Part shown: positions 38,571-54,100 of the stretch, in pieces
Layout: every line of letters begins with the position of its first letter
How positions within the stretch are numbered: the stretch's first letter is position 1
Origin: Geosiphon pyriformis uo1
Lineage: Eukaryota; Fungi; Glomeromycota
Length of the DNA: 64,000 nucleotides
Assembly (NCBI GenBank): GCA_016748015.1
Contig: JAAOMT010000009.1
Location: forward strand, 1,072,459 to 1,136,458
Direction of reading: 5' to 3'
The notes under the pieces: generated by a model
Told to the model about the DNA's origin: nothing
Database searches by the model: none
The model's input: only the letters and a program-made list of their open reading frames with translations
Made by a program: the position numbers and the translations under genes

Positions 38571-41500
38571 CTATACATCTATGATAACAAAAGCATCACC
38601 ACCTAAACCAGAGAAAAAATGACACAATTTGCACCTACCAAACTTAACAGTAAAAGATTTTATAACACCAAATATGCAGACAACACCAGCCAACAACGTA
38701 AAAACTACACTGCTGGACAAGCCAGAAATTACACCATTATCCCCAACCAAATTAGCTTTTTCTATCTCTGCCCTATGCTTGGTTCTAACAGTCCATATTT
38801 GAGTGCACTGCAACTTCACCACAAATCTGATGAATTCCACTAGAATTTAAATAGCTTTTTTTTTTCCTCAAAAACTGAAACAGCTTTGGCATACCAATTT
38901 CTCATTACAAAACTCTTGTACACTGCTGTGTAAAGACCCATATTCGAAGAACATGACGAGAGCAAAAGCAAAATAGTAGACAGAGATGAACTTGAAAGAC
39001 CAGATATCGACATCTATTTTTTAGCAGCTTCAACCAAAATGTCCCCACAGAGACCAGAGTCACCAGAACAAGCAAAAACATAATCAAAGAACTCTATCTC
39101 GCCACACAGCAAACACAAAACACCAGGATAACTTCTGCTATACAATCTTTTTCTAACTGCAACCAGCAGCCACTTATATACAGCCTTTATCAAATATGTG
39201 CATAAATTGGCTAACTTCCTACTGGTAAATCCAGAAAGCATGTGTGAATCAAGATGCCAAACTGTCACAGTAGCATCTCAATCTATCTCCTTAATCATAA
39301 CATTCGGAACTATATCAAAACTCAAACCAGTCTTCCAACAAGCACAGCATATTGACCAGTGTAAGTCTCAAGCAAAATGACAAACATTACCAGATATGGC
39401 AGTTTTCTCAGTGACTAGAAACCTCTTCCAAATATTAACTAGCAAAGAAAGAAACAAGGAAGTAGCCTCATTAGCCAGTGTGTCAGCCCTTATGTTGTCC
39501 AACACATCTGAATGTCCTTTAACCTTCACCCACTTAATTGAAATATTCTTGTCTTTAAGGAGATTGACAATTTGCAATCTTTCAATTCAACATTGGTTAT
39601 GGAAGTCAGGTGTAGTCAAAGAAGTCTCGGAAATGCAAGCATTAATTGCAAATTGACTATCCAAGTATAAAACCACTGAGCAAGAGGATAGAACACACTC
39701 CAAGGCCAACATCACAGCTTGCAGTTTAGCTAAAGTAGAGAATAAAAGTCCAGTGACTTTAATTCTAATGCCAGTATCTGCAGCCGGAAAGTATGCAGCT
39801 GCTTCATCTGCTGTCTCAACAGAACCAGCACATCTTAAGAACTCATCTATATAAACCTCAATACAATCAGACCACACTTTCAATAGACTATCACAAACTT
39901 CAGAGAGCCTATCAGAATCCAAAACACTCAGCACATCCTCCTTAGTAGTAGTAGTAGTAGCTTTGACTCCCAAAGAAATATAATTGTTTATAAAATCAGA
40001 TGCCAAAGAAAACCAGTAAGGCACAGGGCCCCTTGGATCCAATTGCTTTCAATGCTGAAATGTTTTCCAGTCCATCACTTTCCCTTTCTTGTCAAAAATT
40101 CTGTTACTAAAAGCAACACCAAAACACTTCAATGAAAAAACAGATTTGTAATACAAAAACTGACCCAGAATACCAGACATTGGAAAATCATTGAGTCCAT
40201 GAAAGACACAAGGTAAATTGTTTGCCAAAGATAATTCATTCTCCAAAAAAATCTTCACCACTCTTGCCAAAAAATTGTTAACAGAACTAACATACAACTT
40301 AACAGGAAATTGCAAAGGATTCAAAGGAGACTATCTCAGAATTTGCAAATCCAAAAATCTATGATTAAATAAATGTCCAAAAATACTGTGGCCATTAGAA
40401 AATGAAATCAGTAACACCAGTTTTCTTTCAGACTGCACTTGCTCAAAAGGCTTCAAACCATATAAATAAGAGTGATACAAGACCTCACTAAGGAAGTCAC
40501 GTAGTAAACCAGTTTTGGTTCTAAGATCTTTTCTAATCATGATATCCCACTTATGACACACATCTAAAATAACAAAACTGAACTATGCACGATAGCTAAC
40601 AATGGGCTGCAAAACTACTGAAACCAAATAACAGAATTGTTTGTCTGTAATAGCTTTTCTTAACATTATATTAGAAAAAACCTGACATCCTTATGGGCTT
40701 GAGCCAAACTGGACTTAGAGAGACTCTCAGTTGACAGAAAGATACCCAAGTATTAGTGTGACTCACCCTTTTTAGCAATCAAAATTGGTGCTCTATTGAT
40801 TAATAACAAAGCATTCTTAACCCTTTGATTGATAGAAATCACAACTGTCTTATTATTATTAATTGAGATGTTATTGATCACAAAAAATTCACTTGCAATA
40901 TTCAAAATATATTGTGTAAATGCCTGACTACTTCTAACCCAAATTGTATCATCAACAAAAGCACCTACAGCCAAAAAAGAGGTCTTTTCTCCACTCACCT
41001 CAATCCTGCCAGATTTTGCTACAAACCTAGAATTAATTCTATACCCGCATAAATGCTCCTGCCTTTTCACTTCACACAAAAGTAGATCATAAAATATTGT
41101 CCAAAGCAGTGGAGAAAAGATCTCTTCTTGATCTAACTTATCATGTACTTTATAACCATCTAAGAGCCCAAAGTTAGTTATTATCCTGTTGACCCAGTCT
41201 TCATGAAATTTGCCAAAAAATTAGATAAAACATCCACACATCTTGATGCAATACAAGCTCACTCACAAATAATGCTAGTCTACTGAATCATAAGCTTTAC
41301 ACATATCCTGCAGCACTAACCAAAACTCTCTGTTTTTCTTCAGAGCATCCTCAACAACTGAGCCAATAGCAAAAATAAGAAACTGGATCAAAGTACTTTT
41401 CAACACTAAAAAATTGTCACCATGAAGAACATTAAACTTACTACAAACCAAAGATATTTAATCAGATAAAATCTTAGATAGTATTTTATATGCTGTTTCA

Positions 41501-43263
41501 ACCAATGTAATAGGTCTGATATTTGTTAAAATACCATTCCACTTATAAGGTTTTGGAATCATTGAAATCCACACTTCCTTTTACAGATTAGAAACTGCAC
41601 CCACACTCAAGCACAAATTCAATAATTTCAAAAGACAGACCAAAACCTCTCTATTACAATGCTTCCAAAGTTCATTAGGTATCCCAGATAACCCAGCTGC
41701 TTTATTGTTCAGCAGATTATCAACAACCAAAGACAATTCCTCCATACCAATATCAACTATAACACTAGAGAAAGCACTATCATCCATATAATTCAGAGGC
41801 ATATATTGTTGAGCCCAGAGGTCAGGTATTTTTGGAAAAACTGATCACTTTCTTGTTCATCTTTTCATAATTTTATCAATCTTAAGCTTTACCTCATTAG
41901 ACTCAATTACCAGCTTATTATCCACTACTAAATAATCCAAAACTATCTTGTAAAATGGATGTTTCAAAATGCTCTTTATTATCTTTCCTTTGTCAGAACA
42001 GAAGTTTTCTATATGACAGTCAATTGCCTTCCTTATAGCAGTATTTTCAGCAACCTTAAACTTATAATACTTAAACTTATGATACCCTTTTTTTACCACT
42101 GACAAATGTTTAATCAATTTCACCAAGCTTATACTATTCAAAACCATGTTATTAACCTTGGAAGCTTCGACTGTATCAACAGCCAACCAAACCTTAATAA
42201 GGTGATTGAAATTTAGGAAATCACCAGAGTTCCTGTATTTCACAACCTTTGTAACAAGCAGCTCTAATTTAAAGAATTTGGAAGATTGTTTATTCCTCAA
42301 ACAGTTATATTCACTATACCATATCCTAAAGAAAACTGTGTCAGCAGCCTGCACTATGGCCTCTTCCAATATTTTCCACATTGTATTTAAGTTACCATTG
42401 ACTTCTGCCTCTTCAAACATGTCTGATCTAGCCAAAAACTTGGCAGAAGAGCAGTTTTTAAAGCTTAACCATTAAACATTATCTGCATCCTTTAATTTGA
42501 ACTTCCACTGGTCTCAGTTAGCTTGTCTGTGAATGCTAATAAGATGTGTATTCAGCAGCCCATCCAAACTAATTAAAATGGAAACTGACTTATGATCTGT
42601 ATCAAAAAACTCAGACATACCATTGACAAAATATAATGCCATAGCAGATGCTAAATTCTCACTCACTAGAATAAAATCAATCACTTTTTTAACACCTTTA
42701 GAATTGCTTCAGATGAAAGTCTTGGCCAATGAGTGTTTATCAAAAGTATTAACCAGGCCCAAACCCAAACAGAACTTGAAATTTGCACTTTTGCTAGACT
42801 CATTTTCATTAAAGTCACCACCCAAAACCACAAAAAAGCTGGAATTGACCATCTTAGAAACCATAGAATTAATATTAGCAGCTTGACTAAATTATGTGTT
42901 GATGGACACACCAGTGTACAGACCCAAGATAGTAACTGAAAGCTTGTTCTTGAACAGAAGACACACAGAAATCAAATGACCAGGAACCTCATCCACTTTT
43001 GAAACATACTAAGCCAAAGAATTGTTCATAATTATGACAACTTCAGTATCACAAAACCCAACATCCAAACCAGAAGTAAAAACCTGAAGTTCATCAAACT
43101 TATTCATGATCCAAGGCCTAATATTAGATCTCAATTTAGTCTCAGTAACAATAGAAATCATATTTCTTGAATCCTTATGCCAACAAACAATGTCTTTCTG
43201 TTTAGCTAAATTTGTCATACCTCTAATATTACATGTAGCCACTTTTCAAATAAGCTCACTTAT
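38571..43263 (-). pseudogene. LINE3 ORF2: APE-RT-RNase H-CCHC
   Basis: ATCNIRG, TETKL, GAFVDDTIW, VYIDEFL/LYLDSQ/WVKVKGHS, CLLCGEIE. Confidence 0.93.
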
Positions 43264-45137
43264 TGATGCAAAGAATGCATCAGAGAATCTGAATTTATGT
43301 ACAACAGATCTAACTTCCCCAAGATCAAGCCAATAGAAACCTCAAAAGCCATCATCTTGGATTCCAAACTGCCAACTTTGGAGATAAAAATCTTTAAACT
43401 GCTCAGACCTAAATCCGCCACCTTATCCTCTAATACTAAAGAAGAGAAAAGAAGAGATGGCCATGGAACATCCAGAACTATATTAGTATCTGGTGATGCC
43501 AAAGTAGAGACAGAAGTGGTCAGAGATACAACTTAAGTAATAGGCACTAGGGGCACAAGCTCCATACCATTTAATCTACACATAATACTTGACATTTGAT
43601 CAGCCAGCAACTCTAAAGAGTGTTTGAGTGAAGCTAGGCAATTATTGATTGAGAATTCATTTTGAACAACCGGCATGTTTTTTTTAATATCTGAAGAACC
43701 AGAAGAAGGAGGATCAGACCTAGAACTAAAGTTGAAATAGAAGTCACCAGAAGGAGAAGCAAGTAAGACAACTTGCACCCAAGATTTGCCACCAAAGGCA
43801 GCAGATCTAGAAATAGGAACACTTTTTTTAGCATACAATTTTGCTAGCTAAAAATAACAGTCTTCTGAAGTAACCCTTTTAACAATTTTTGAAGATTTAG
43901 TAATGAGCAGAGACAAAAGCATCACACTCCAGAGCTGAATGGCCAAGAAAACCACAATTTTCATAGTGAACCAAGTCCAATCTAGCCCAAGATAATTTAA
44001 CACTATTAAATATCAGCTTAGTGTAATAAGCAGATTCCATTGCATCTTCAGACTCGAAGCCAACCACAGCATAGCAAATCTTATTGCCAGAATTCAATGA
44101 ACGATTTATAATACAAGTTTTCCCACCAACTTCTTTCAAAAAAGTGCCCAAATCATGAGCAGTCATTCTTACAGGTAAAGTAAACAACAAAGCTCTAAAC
44201 TAGTCTCTTGATGCCCATGTTTTGTGATCTCCCACAGCCATAGCCACTTGCACATAATTTTTTCCAATCAAAAAAGACTATTTAGCAGCTAATTATTCAG
44301 CCTGACCTAGTTTAGCAAATTTCACCATTGCTTTTTGCCATAATCCAATAAGTTGAATTTTGATTGACTTGATTTTACCAAACTCAGCTAGTGCAGTGAC
44401 AATTATTTCTTTTGGTGTATCCATGAGAATCTTTTTGACAATCACAGCCCAATCTGAATGAATTCCTTATTTCTTGAGATTGCTGTTTACATTAATCCCT
44501 TTTTCTCTGGTCAATGATGTAGTCATTTTCATGCTTTTTTCTGAAGTGAAGATAGATCGGATGATCTCTTCAAATTTTGAGGGGGTAATGGCCCCCCCAA
44601 AACTATTAACTGTCAAAAAAATTTTTCTAATTAACTGAGTTTTTGCCATTGCTGATTTTCCTTCCATAGCTTAATATCCAAAGCAAATGATCTTTTAACT
44701 GATACTTCCACAGAAGTCTTAATAATCTTTGGGTCAATCCACTTCTTTTCAAGGAAGATAGGCAAGTGAAAAGGAAGTACAACTTCATCATCATCTATAT
44801 GAAAGTTAGAAAAGCCAAGTGGAGAACCAAAACCAGCACCAGTATTGACTTGCTTTGTCTTGGGTGTAGTAGCAGCTGAGCCCAAAAGGGACCCACCATT
44901 TGCCCCAGACATGCTAACATTTTCATCCTCACCAGATAGACTTTCCACATTAGAATAAACACTATTACCAGATTCAAATTTGCTTAAAGATATATCTCTT
45001 TTATTACCAGAGTGTTTGATATTGCCAAGAACAACTTTCTTCTTTTAAGAAAAGGAGTTACCAGCAGAACCATGAAAAGTGCCCTTAGGAGTCTTTTTCT
45101 TAGATGTGGTGCTACTAGCAGTAGCTTCCATATCCAT
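43260..45137 (-). pseudogene. LINE3 ORF1
   Basis: ATG at 45137; KRSFALDI, FGGAITPSKF, LFTLPVRMTAHDL, degenerate CCHC knuckle. Confidence 0.85.
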
Positions 45138-45146
45138 GAAAAATGG

Positions 45147-45987
45147 TGTTACAGATGATTATTTGGGGTCTCAAATCAAATAACAAATCCATAACTTGGT
45201 GCTCAATATCTTAACAAGACTGGTAACACTGGCACGTTGGTTGTATCTGAAGGTTTTTAGAGTTGAGTCTTTATATAATGGGCAGAGATTTAATTGATGG
45301 TTTTATCCATAACTTTCTGAAACCACAGTTTCATCAAATTTTTTTCTTAATGTGGTGGCCAGTAATCTTCCTGGTAAGCTATCCTTAAATCTATGAGTGT
45401 TCTACCCTTGTTTCGTGGGTCTTTTACCAGTCTCTATGATGTTTGTATCTCAGCACTTAATCCTTAATCAATTTCAGTAAAACCAAAGAAATAACAACAA
45501 AAATAAAAGAAAATAAAAGAAAATAAAGAAAATAACAAAAAGCAATTGCAAGTTAGTATTCCATCAATAGCCATGATCAAGAACTATTGTTTCAGTGTTG
45601 TTAAGTATCAATTATTATCAACATGAAGTGTTAATAGTAAAGAGTGGATTGAGATAGTGAATAATCATTTATTAATATTTGTGATTTGGAAAGTTGCTTA
45701 GATAAAATTTAAATGGAGAGGATTTCTAATTAAGGATTCTGCCTTTTTTACTTCTAATACTACTGCTATATATATATAATTGAGATTCCTTAATTCCTCG
45801 ATTCTTTATCTCAGAAATCCTGCAATTCCTTTTAAGAGGAATCCTGGAATTCTAAAATTCTGTAATTCCTTGCTCGGAAAATCCTGAAATTCCTCTTAAG
45901 AGGAATCCTGGAATTCCACATTTACTATGGTTACCTCTAATTGGCTATTTCATGTACTAATATATTTTCTATATTCTATGAATAACA
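45147..45987 (-). repeat. Element D 3' LTR
   Basis: TGTTACAG...ATAACA. Confidence 0.93.
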
Positions 45988-46001
45988 TTATTCCCTCTTT
46001 T

Positions 46002-46638
46002 TTAATATTGAGCTCTGTCAAGATCTTTTAAATCTCCTAAATCTTCTAACTCTAATTCTTTGTCATTGAGTATTTCTTGAACTTCTCTTTCAAGAATGAT
46101 TTGAGTTATCTGGTTCTGCAATTCTTCAAATTGGGTGTTGGTCATTTTTCTCATTTGGTTAATTGTAATGGAGTCCAATTCTGGATTGAGTAAGATTTCC
46201 AGTCTGTCTTAAAATCTCATATGTAGCTAATAGATGGCTCTTGCTTGTGTGATCAGATTGTTCTTTTCCACAAATTGTTCTAGTTGTTGCAGTATTGCTG
46301 TGTTGAATAATCATTTTCTATAAGTTCTAAATGTTCAAGTGCTGTCCCAAGTGGAAGTAACAGAAGTTTCTTGAAAATTTGTGTATCCATCATTTCCATG
46401 TTTCTTTGGTTAACTCTTGATATGTGGTAATACTTGTTGGTTCCTCAATTGCTAATTTTATTTTTAGAACCATTTTGTCGATAGTGTTTTCTGTTTTCTT
46501 TTTACTTTTGTATTTGGATATCTTTCTGGTATCTTGGTATCAAATGGTTTGTTGATTGATAGTAATTTCTATATTCTGTTGTTAAATCAGTTTGAATAGT
46601 TATTGTGCTAGTAAGTAGATGTTATCAGTAATCTCCAT
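46002..46638 (-). pseudogene. Element D 3' accessory ORF (unknown function)
   Basis: MEITDNIYLLAQ.LFKLI..QNIEITIN...LFNTAILQQLEQFVEKNNL...ITINQMRKMTNTQF...DRAQY*; homologous to B and C. Confidence 0.75.
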
Positions 46639-46695
46639 TTTTTTTTGATATCTTTTGTCACGTCTACCATGTCTTTATATATTCTTTTTGGTTGA

Positions 46696-48078
46696 TCACT
46701 TTTTTATGTTTGTGTTGATAACGACGATTGGTTCTAAATCTCATAGAATTTTATCTGGTTTAACTAATAGTCTCTGTACTCCCAATTGTAGAATGTTACT
46801 AATAGATGGTAACATTATATTGTGGTATGGTTTTAGTCGATCTCCATGTGCTGCTTTTGTCAAGATTTTGCTGTCCAATCTTAATTTATAAGCTCCATTT
46901 TCTAGAATTTCTTCTATGTGAAATGGTTCGTCCCATTTGGGGTCAAATTTTCCACTCCATTGTTTTTCTGCTTTGGTATAATGTAAGAGTACTTTGTCTT
47001 CAATCTTAAACTCAACTGGTTTGTCTGGTAGTTGACTATTGTGTCTTTTTTTCTGTTTCTCTTGTGACTTTTGAATATTATCAACTGCTCTTCTTTGTTT
47101 GTTTTCCAATATTTCTATTAAGTCATATGTTCTTCTCAACAATGTTTTCTGGAAATTTTCTTCTGTTATTGGTTCAGTTGGATATGTGTTGACTTCTATT
47201 TCAACTGGTATTATTGCTGTTTTACCATATACTGATTCAAATGGTGTTGCTTGTATAGTATCTTGCTTCATTGTTCAATAAGCAAATAGTACTGATAGTA
47301 TGAACAAATCCCATTCATTCTGGTTTTTTTGGCTGAGTTTGGCAATTGCTTTACACAATGTTCTATTAAATCTTTCAACTAAACCATTTGTTTATGGATG
47401 ATATAGTAATAATAGTGACCTTTTAATTCCGAATCTTTGGCTCAATTCTGCTAGTGTTCTGTTTACAAAGTGAGTTCTTTGATCTGATAATAATTCTTTT
47501 GGACATCCATGTCGACAAATCAAGTCTTGATGAACAAATTTGGCAATGGATTCTGCATCTGCTCTTTGAATTGCTTTTGTTTCTGGCCATTTAGTGAGAT
47601 AGTCCATGACTACTGCAATATATCTATTTCTTTTGCTGATAATTGTTAATGGTCCGACTAAATCAATTCCAATGTAATTAAATGGTTGTTCCACTTTGAT
47701 TGGTTTTAATGGCTCACTGGGTTTTGTTCTTCCTCTTCTTTAACAAGCATCACAATTTTGAACATATTGAATAATGTCTGAATACATTGATGGCCAATAG
47801 TATCTTTTTCTGGTCCTTTCCATGGTTGTTTCTTTGTGGAAATGTCCTGCTGTTGGATCTAAGTGCATGTTGAACAGTATTGTTTCTTTCTCTGGCTCTG
47901 TAATTACCCTGGTTGGTTGATCTGAATTTTGTCTATTCTTCTGGTAAAGTATATTTTGATGATTGATAAAATATTTTGATTGTTGCTTGATGTTATTTTG
48001 TTTCTTTTAAGATAACTTTTCCTTGAACTGTTGTGTATTTATATAGTGTTAAAGCTATTGGTATTTTTCTGTGTTCAT
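46696..48078 (-). pseudogene. Element D integrase, separate ORF
   Basis: ATG at 48078 (MNTEKY..), 62 nt after the pol stop and out of frame. HLDPTAGH..CDAC, IDLVGP, SDQRTHF, LVERFN, KWDEPF. Confidence 0.9.
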
Positions 48079-48140
48079 CTTTTTGTTATATTTTTATTGG
48101 TTTTGGTTTGGTTTTGTTATATTTTTGGGTTGAAATGTTT

Positions 48141-51100
48141 TTATATTTGTCTTATTTGCAACAAACTGTCAGTATTTCCATTGTCTTTTCCCTTTTTGTA
48201 ATGTACTGTATAGTTGAATAGTAAAAGTTCTATTTTCCATTTGGCATGGCAATCATCTGCAAATTCTTGTTTCTGGATTAAAGTCAATCCTTTGTAATCC
48301 ATATATATTTCAAATTTTTGGCTCAAGTATTTTTTCTATTTGATAATAGCTTAATAGATTGCTAAATGTTCTAGTGCTGAAGTTCCATAGTTCTTTTCTG
48401 CTGGACTTAAACTTCTACTGGTATAAACTACTGGATGCTCTCTTCCATCAGGTCCTTTTTGTGATAGTACTGCTCCCAATGCTTGACCTAATGCAACAGT
48501 AGTAATGATGAATGGTTTGTTGTAATCTGAATACATCAATACTGGAGCTTGAATAAGCTTTCTTCTTAATTTGTTGAATGCTTTTTGTTGAGCTTTAGTC
48601 CATTCATACTTCACATTCTTGGTTTGTAAATGGTGAAGTGGCTGAGCTAGTTTAGAAAAGTCCTTAATGAAATGGCAATAATAACCTGCAAATCCCAAAA
48701 ATGCTCTTAGTTCTGGCAAGTTGGTTGGTACTGGAAAGTTCTTAACTACTTCAATCTTGTCTGGATCTGTTTTGATTCTATCTTTGCTCACCACATGTCC
48801 CAAAAACTTGAGTTCAGTTTTTCCAAAGAAGCATTTAGTTGCATTTAGCTTTAATCCAGCTCTTCTTAATCTTTCGAATACTTGTTGAAGATGATGCAAA
48901 TAATCATCAAATGTTTTTGAGAATACATTGGTGTCATCCAAGTATACAACTACTGATTTCTATAGTAATCCAGTATAGACAATTTCCATAAGCCATTGGA
49001 AGTTGCTGGAGTATTTATTAAGCCAAATGGCATGACTTCAAACTCAAAATTTTTTTTTCTTGTGGTGAATGCTCTTTTTTTTTTGTAGGCTGGATCCATG
49101 GCTACTTGCCAGTAACCACTATCTAAGTCCAGTGTTAAGAACTATTTATTTCCTCCAAAAGTGTCAAATAGCTCTTGGATCTTTGGAGTTGGATAGCTAT
49201 CACCTTTTGTTACTCCATTCAGTTTCTGGTAGTCTACACAAAAGTGGATTTTTCCATTTTTTTTCTGGACTAATACCACTGGTGATGACCATGGACTCAT
49301 TGATGGCTGAATTAGTTTATTGTCAAGCATTCGGTTAATTTCTTGATGAATAATCTCATGGCTAGCTGATAATACTCTATACACTTTTTGTTTTATTGGC
49401 ATTGCATTTCCAGTCTTGATCTGATACTGGATGATGTTGGTTTAGCCAAATTTGTTTTTGCTGGCAAAGATGTCATTGAAATTGTTGAGTAACATCTTGA
49501 GTTGCATCTGTTGAAGTGAATCTAGATTCCCCATGTTTATTTGTTCTAATTGTTCTGATTGGAGCAGATAACATTTACCTCTTCCATAAATGGTTTGTAA
49601 TGTAATATCCACATATTCACAAAGCTGTGGGAAATTTGGAATGTAGTTTGGTGGTTAATCCTCAACTTCAGTAGTTAAATACCCAATGATGGTTCCCTTT
49701 GGTATTTCAATGACATTTTCAGTTGTATTGTAAATGGAAATTTTGATGTTTTTGGAGCTTTTGGCTGATATGTAGAAATTAGTGAGTCCAATCTCTCCTG
49801 ATTTGCAAATAATGGCTTCTGCTTCAAACAACTGAGCCTGATTCTTTATTTCTCTTTTTATGGCTAACTTATACTGGTCATATGGTGGGATGAAAATTGT
49901 TTGATGGGTTGAGATAATTTCTCCTTGGCCAACAATTTCTTCCTCTGCCATATTAACTGGTATATCTATTCTACCCATTGATCTAAATCTCTGTATCCCT
50001 CTAGCTGTGATCCCTAATTCTTCTCTGTTTTCTACTGACACTGACTGAACTATTTTGACTAGAGGCAGGAATATTGCCTGTGCTATTTTTTTATTTGGCT
50101 CTATTACATAGGCCCTTTCTGAATCATTTTGTAACATAGCAATAATATTTCCTATATATTCTGTATTAATTATTCCTCCTCTAATGTTGATTTCTCTTTT
50201 TGCTAGGCTACTCCTAAAGATTAGTTGAACCATTGTGGTTGCTGGAATTTCCAGTGCTATCTTCAGATCAATGCAAGTACACAAATGTGGTTCCAATTTG
50301 ATGGCTTCTTTTTCCAGATATTTTAGATCAAACTCTGTATTGGTATCATGCATGCATTCTGGCATGATACCTTCATCATTGTTGCTATACCATTTGAGTT
50401 TCTGCTTTTTAGATAGATTAGAAAGTGCAATATATATTTCAGAGTTTGAATCAGAGTCTGAATTGCTGATATTTTTGTTGCCATTTTAAGTGGGGCTGGA
50501 ACTGGTGTTTTCATCATTGTCGTTGTCAGGATTTAAATCATAATCGAAAACTGATTCTGATTTCAATGTACAGCTACTGATTGGTTCTTCTTCTTCTGGG
50601 ATTGTGTAGATCATGCATGGTGGTAGATTGTAAATGAGGTCACACTCATTACAATATTCAAAGTCACTGGGAATTAAACAATGGCACAATCTGGTGTTTA
50701 ATTGTTCTAGTCATTGTTCTTACTCTTCTTTAGTGGGTGCCAAATGTTAGTAGTGTTCGTGAAATTCTTCCAGTTCCAATAGGTTTATGACTGGTCCTGA
50801 GTCCCAGTCAAGTTCTATTGGTTCTGGTGGATTGTTTTTAATTTCTCTAATCTCCTCAGATGATGCTTCTTCTATTTTTGCGAGTGCCATTCACCAGATC
50901 TCATCTTCATCATGTGGACAACTGTCCAATCATTGTACTGCTCTTTTTCAGGCTGCTTCTATTGGTGTTTCTTTTCTTACCCAGTCGCTGATTAGAATTG
51001 TGTATTGACATGATTTGTCACACATTCTTCCTTGCCCTAGAATGTCATTCCACATTCCTTTATCTAAGAGAGTTTCTCCACAAGTGAGACAAGGTTGGTT

Positions 51101-54100
51101 GTCTCATTTTCCTTGCTTCTTTGGTTGTCCAAACCTTTCTATGATACATGTGCAGCAATAGAATTTGGTCACTGTTGCATATTTCTTGTTGTCACCACAG
51201 CATGCACCTATTGATGACAATTTCTTGCTACAATTGATGCATATAAGTTTTGGTTGATAATAAGTAGATTGCAGTAATATAGGGTAAGTGTAGGAGTTAG
51301 AAGAAGTGATGTTAGTGGTTGTTGTTTCTTCTTTTTTCTCTTTTCCCTTTCCTTTATCATTTTTTTCTTTCCATTTCCAGTTTGGTGTCAGCTCATTTTT
51401 ATCATTGTCAGTCTAGGTCAGATCATCAGTCTCCCAAGTAAGCTCTTCTCTTTGTTTTCCCTTTCTGTTGTCATCCCATAATAGTATTGGTGGCAGCTTA
51501 TTGTGGTCTTCATTGGTCCACAAGACTTGATATGCCTTCTATGTTGGTTTTCTTTCCTCTTCCTCAAACTCAATAAGTGGAGTTGTCAAGTTGGTGGTCT
51601 TGAAATGGCCACACATGGCTGGTACATGTGTGTGTTGACCGTTTTGACTGAGTTGTAATTCTTGAGTGGTTCAATTGAGTATGACATTAGTTTTGAATAA
51701 CCAATCATTGCCTACTAATGCTTGGTATTGGGTTGCTTCCATTACTAGAATGTTGATGGAAGTAATGATGCCATTGACTTTGAAAGAAAAGTTGTCAATT
51801 TCACCAATGGGAGTTTTGGTTGCTCCATCAGTAGTTATGATTCTGACACTGGTGGCGCAATCAACTCAGTGACCTAATTGGTCTATAAGTTGTTTGGTAA
51901 TTATGCTGCCAGCTGATCCACTGTCTAGGATCAGTTTGATGAAGTAATTATCAACTTTTACATCAGTGTACATCACCATGATGAGTTTTTTTTTAAGGTG
52001 GCTCCACTGAATAGTGGTACCATTGTGGTTTCCTTGAGTTCAAAAGGAAATATGATGGCCAATGTTTTGTTATTGGTGATGGTGGCTGGAAGTATGTTGC
52101 TGGTAAGTACTGGTTGTCGATTGAATTCTGAGTTGTAGAAGGTGGTGTCTTCTGGAGTAACCAAGAGACTTAAATAGTGTTGAAAATTTGGATTTTGGGT
52201 GGAACCAGTACCCAGATTCCATTGTCGAGAACCTGATGGTTGTGCTGTAGAACAGGGAATTAGTTAATGGACCACTATCAACGATTTCCAGCTTTGTTGT
52301 GTCAGTCTTGGCCTTTGAGTTCCATTTTGAGATAAGTTCTGTGGCAGTGTTTGAATTTGTTGCAGCTGATAAATGAGTTGGGGCTGCGGGTAATAAATGA
52401 TGAGTGCTGTTGGCTGATAAATTGGCAGCTGATAAATTTGTGGCTGTGTCATAGATATGTAATTTGGTTGATATATTTCTGCATTTGATTGATATCTTGG
52501 AGTTGAAAACTGGCAATTGGGATTTCAATATTGATTTCCCAATTGTTAATTTTCTATTCTTAATCAACAATTGATTTTCAAATGTCCTTGTTTACCACAA
52601 TAGTGGCAGATACACATCTCTTGTTGCCACAGCTGGTTGGCGGATAATAAGAGACACGACTGAATTTCTAAGCAATTTGTGATTCCTAAATTATTGCGTC
52701 ATTGGGGTGGCTGATAAATAGCGCGATTGTCAGCTAAGTACCTTTCAAGCTTCTGGTTAATGGAGTTACTGAATTGTTTCAATTTGAAATTTAATTCAGA
52801 TAATCTATTCAGCACTAGATTGACAGCTTGGGCATAATTAGCTTCAAGTTCAGCTGCTTCAAAATCTCTGGTGTTGGTAACTGCAGCTTGAAGGTCTACT
52901 GGATGCATTGGACATATGCATTGGAGAATACTACTGTACAGACCTCTAATAAATTGGTTTAGGATTTGTGGTGCTGTGAAATAGTTGGCATCAATTGCTT
53001 GGATTTGATGCAAATTTTAATGAAAGTGTCCTAAGTAAGTGGTAACTGCTTCTGTGTCCCCTTGTTTGATAGTGGTGAAGATGTTTGTCAATCAGTTAAT
53101 ACTATTATTATTACTAAAATATCTTAGGAATGCTAGTTTAAATGCATTGAAGTCCTGGGGTTTATTGATCAGGCTCTGATACTAGGAATTGGCAGTGTCT
53201 TTGAGAAAGTATGGGATTGCTCGAAGAGCTCTGGCATCATTCCATCTATTTGCAGTAATGGCTTTCTCAATATTGTTTAGCCATACTTGGGTATCATTCT
53301 CTTTGCCAGTAAAATTGTTGAGTTTTGCAATTGGTGCATATGCTATTGGGTCTACATTTGGTTGTTGCTGTTGAATAGGTGGTTGAAGTTGTTGTTGTGG
53401 TGGTAGAAGTGGCTGTTGTGGTTGTTGAGGCAGTTGAAGTGGTTGAATTGGTTCAATAATTGGTTCAATTGGTAGGTGATTGATGGCAATATTTGGAAGT
53501 AAGTTCAATTGATTGATTGAATCAGGGTTTAGAATATTCTGATTCTGTAGTATTTGAATATTTGGAGTCTTGGTTTCCAAATTTTCTTGATTTGAATTTT
53601 TTGGAGTTTGAATGTTTGGGGTTTTAACTTCCAGGTTTTCTGGAATCGGGTTCTGGTAAGTAAATTTTTGATCCTCAGATTCTTTTTCTTCTTCTGATTT
53701 TGATGCTTCCCATGGATTAGCTATTCTGAAATCTGGTGGAAGTGGTGGTAATCGAATTCCTAATGGTGTTGGCAATTGTGATTTAAATTCTTCAAAATAT
53801 GCACCATATGGTCTTAATAAGTCTTCTTTCCTTTGTTTACTTTGAAATGGAAATTGTCCAAATGTTGATGTTGCATTTGATGTAGATGCATCTGCTGCTG
53901 TAATATTGATAGTGCTTCCAGAAGTATAATGATATGATAGATTTGTAAGTGATTCAATTCTGTGTTTTTTTCAAGTGGGTGGTTGGATATATTGAGGTGT
54001 TACTGCTGGTGTTTGTAGTTTTCTTTTGCTTTTACTTAAGTAGGTGATTGGGTATCTTTGTTGTATGTGATGTTTAATTTCTTTGTTAATCTCAGTGATG

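Noticed and set aside
52070-52570. 166-aa alternative-frame ORF in D (and similar in B)
   Set aside because: It overlaps the Gln/Pro-rich gag frame and looks long only because the true frame is broken by CAA>TAA.
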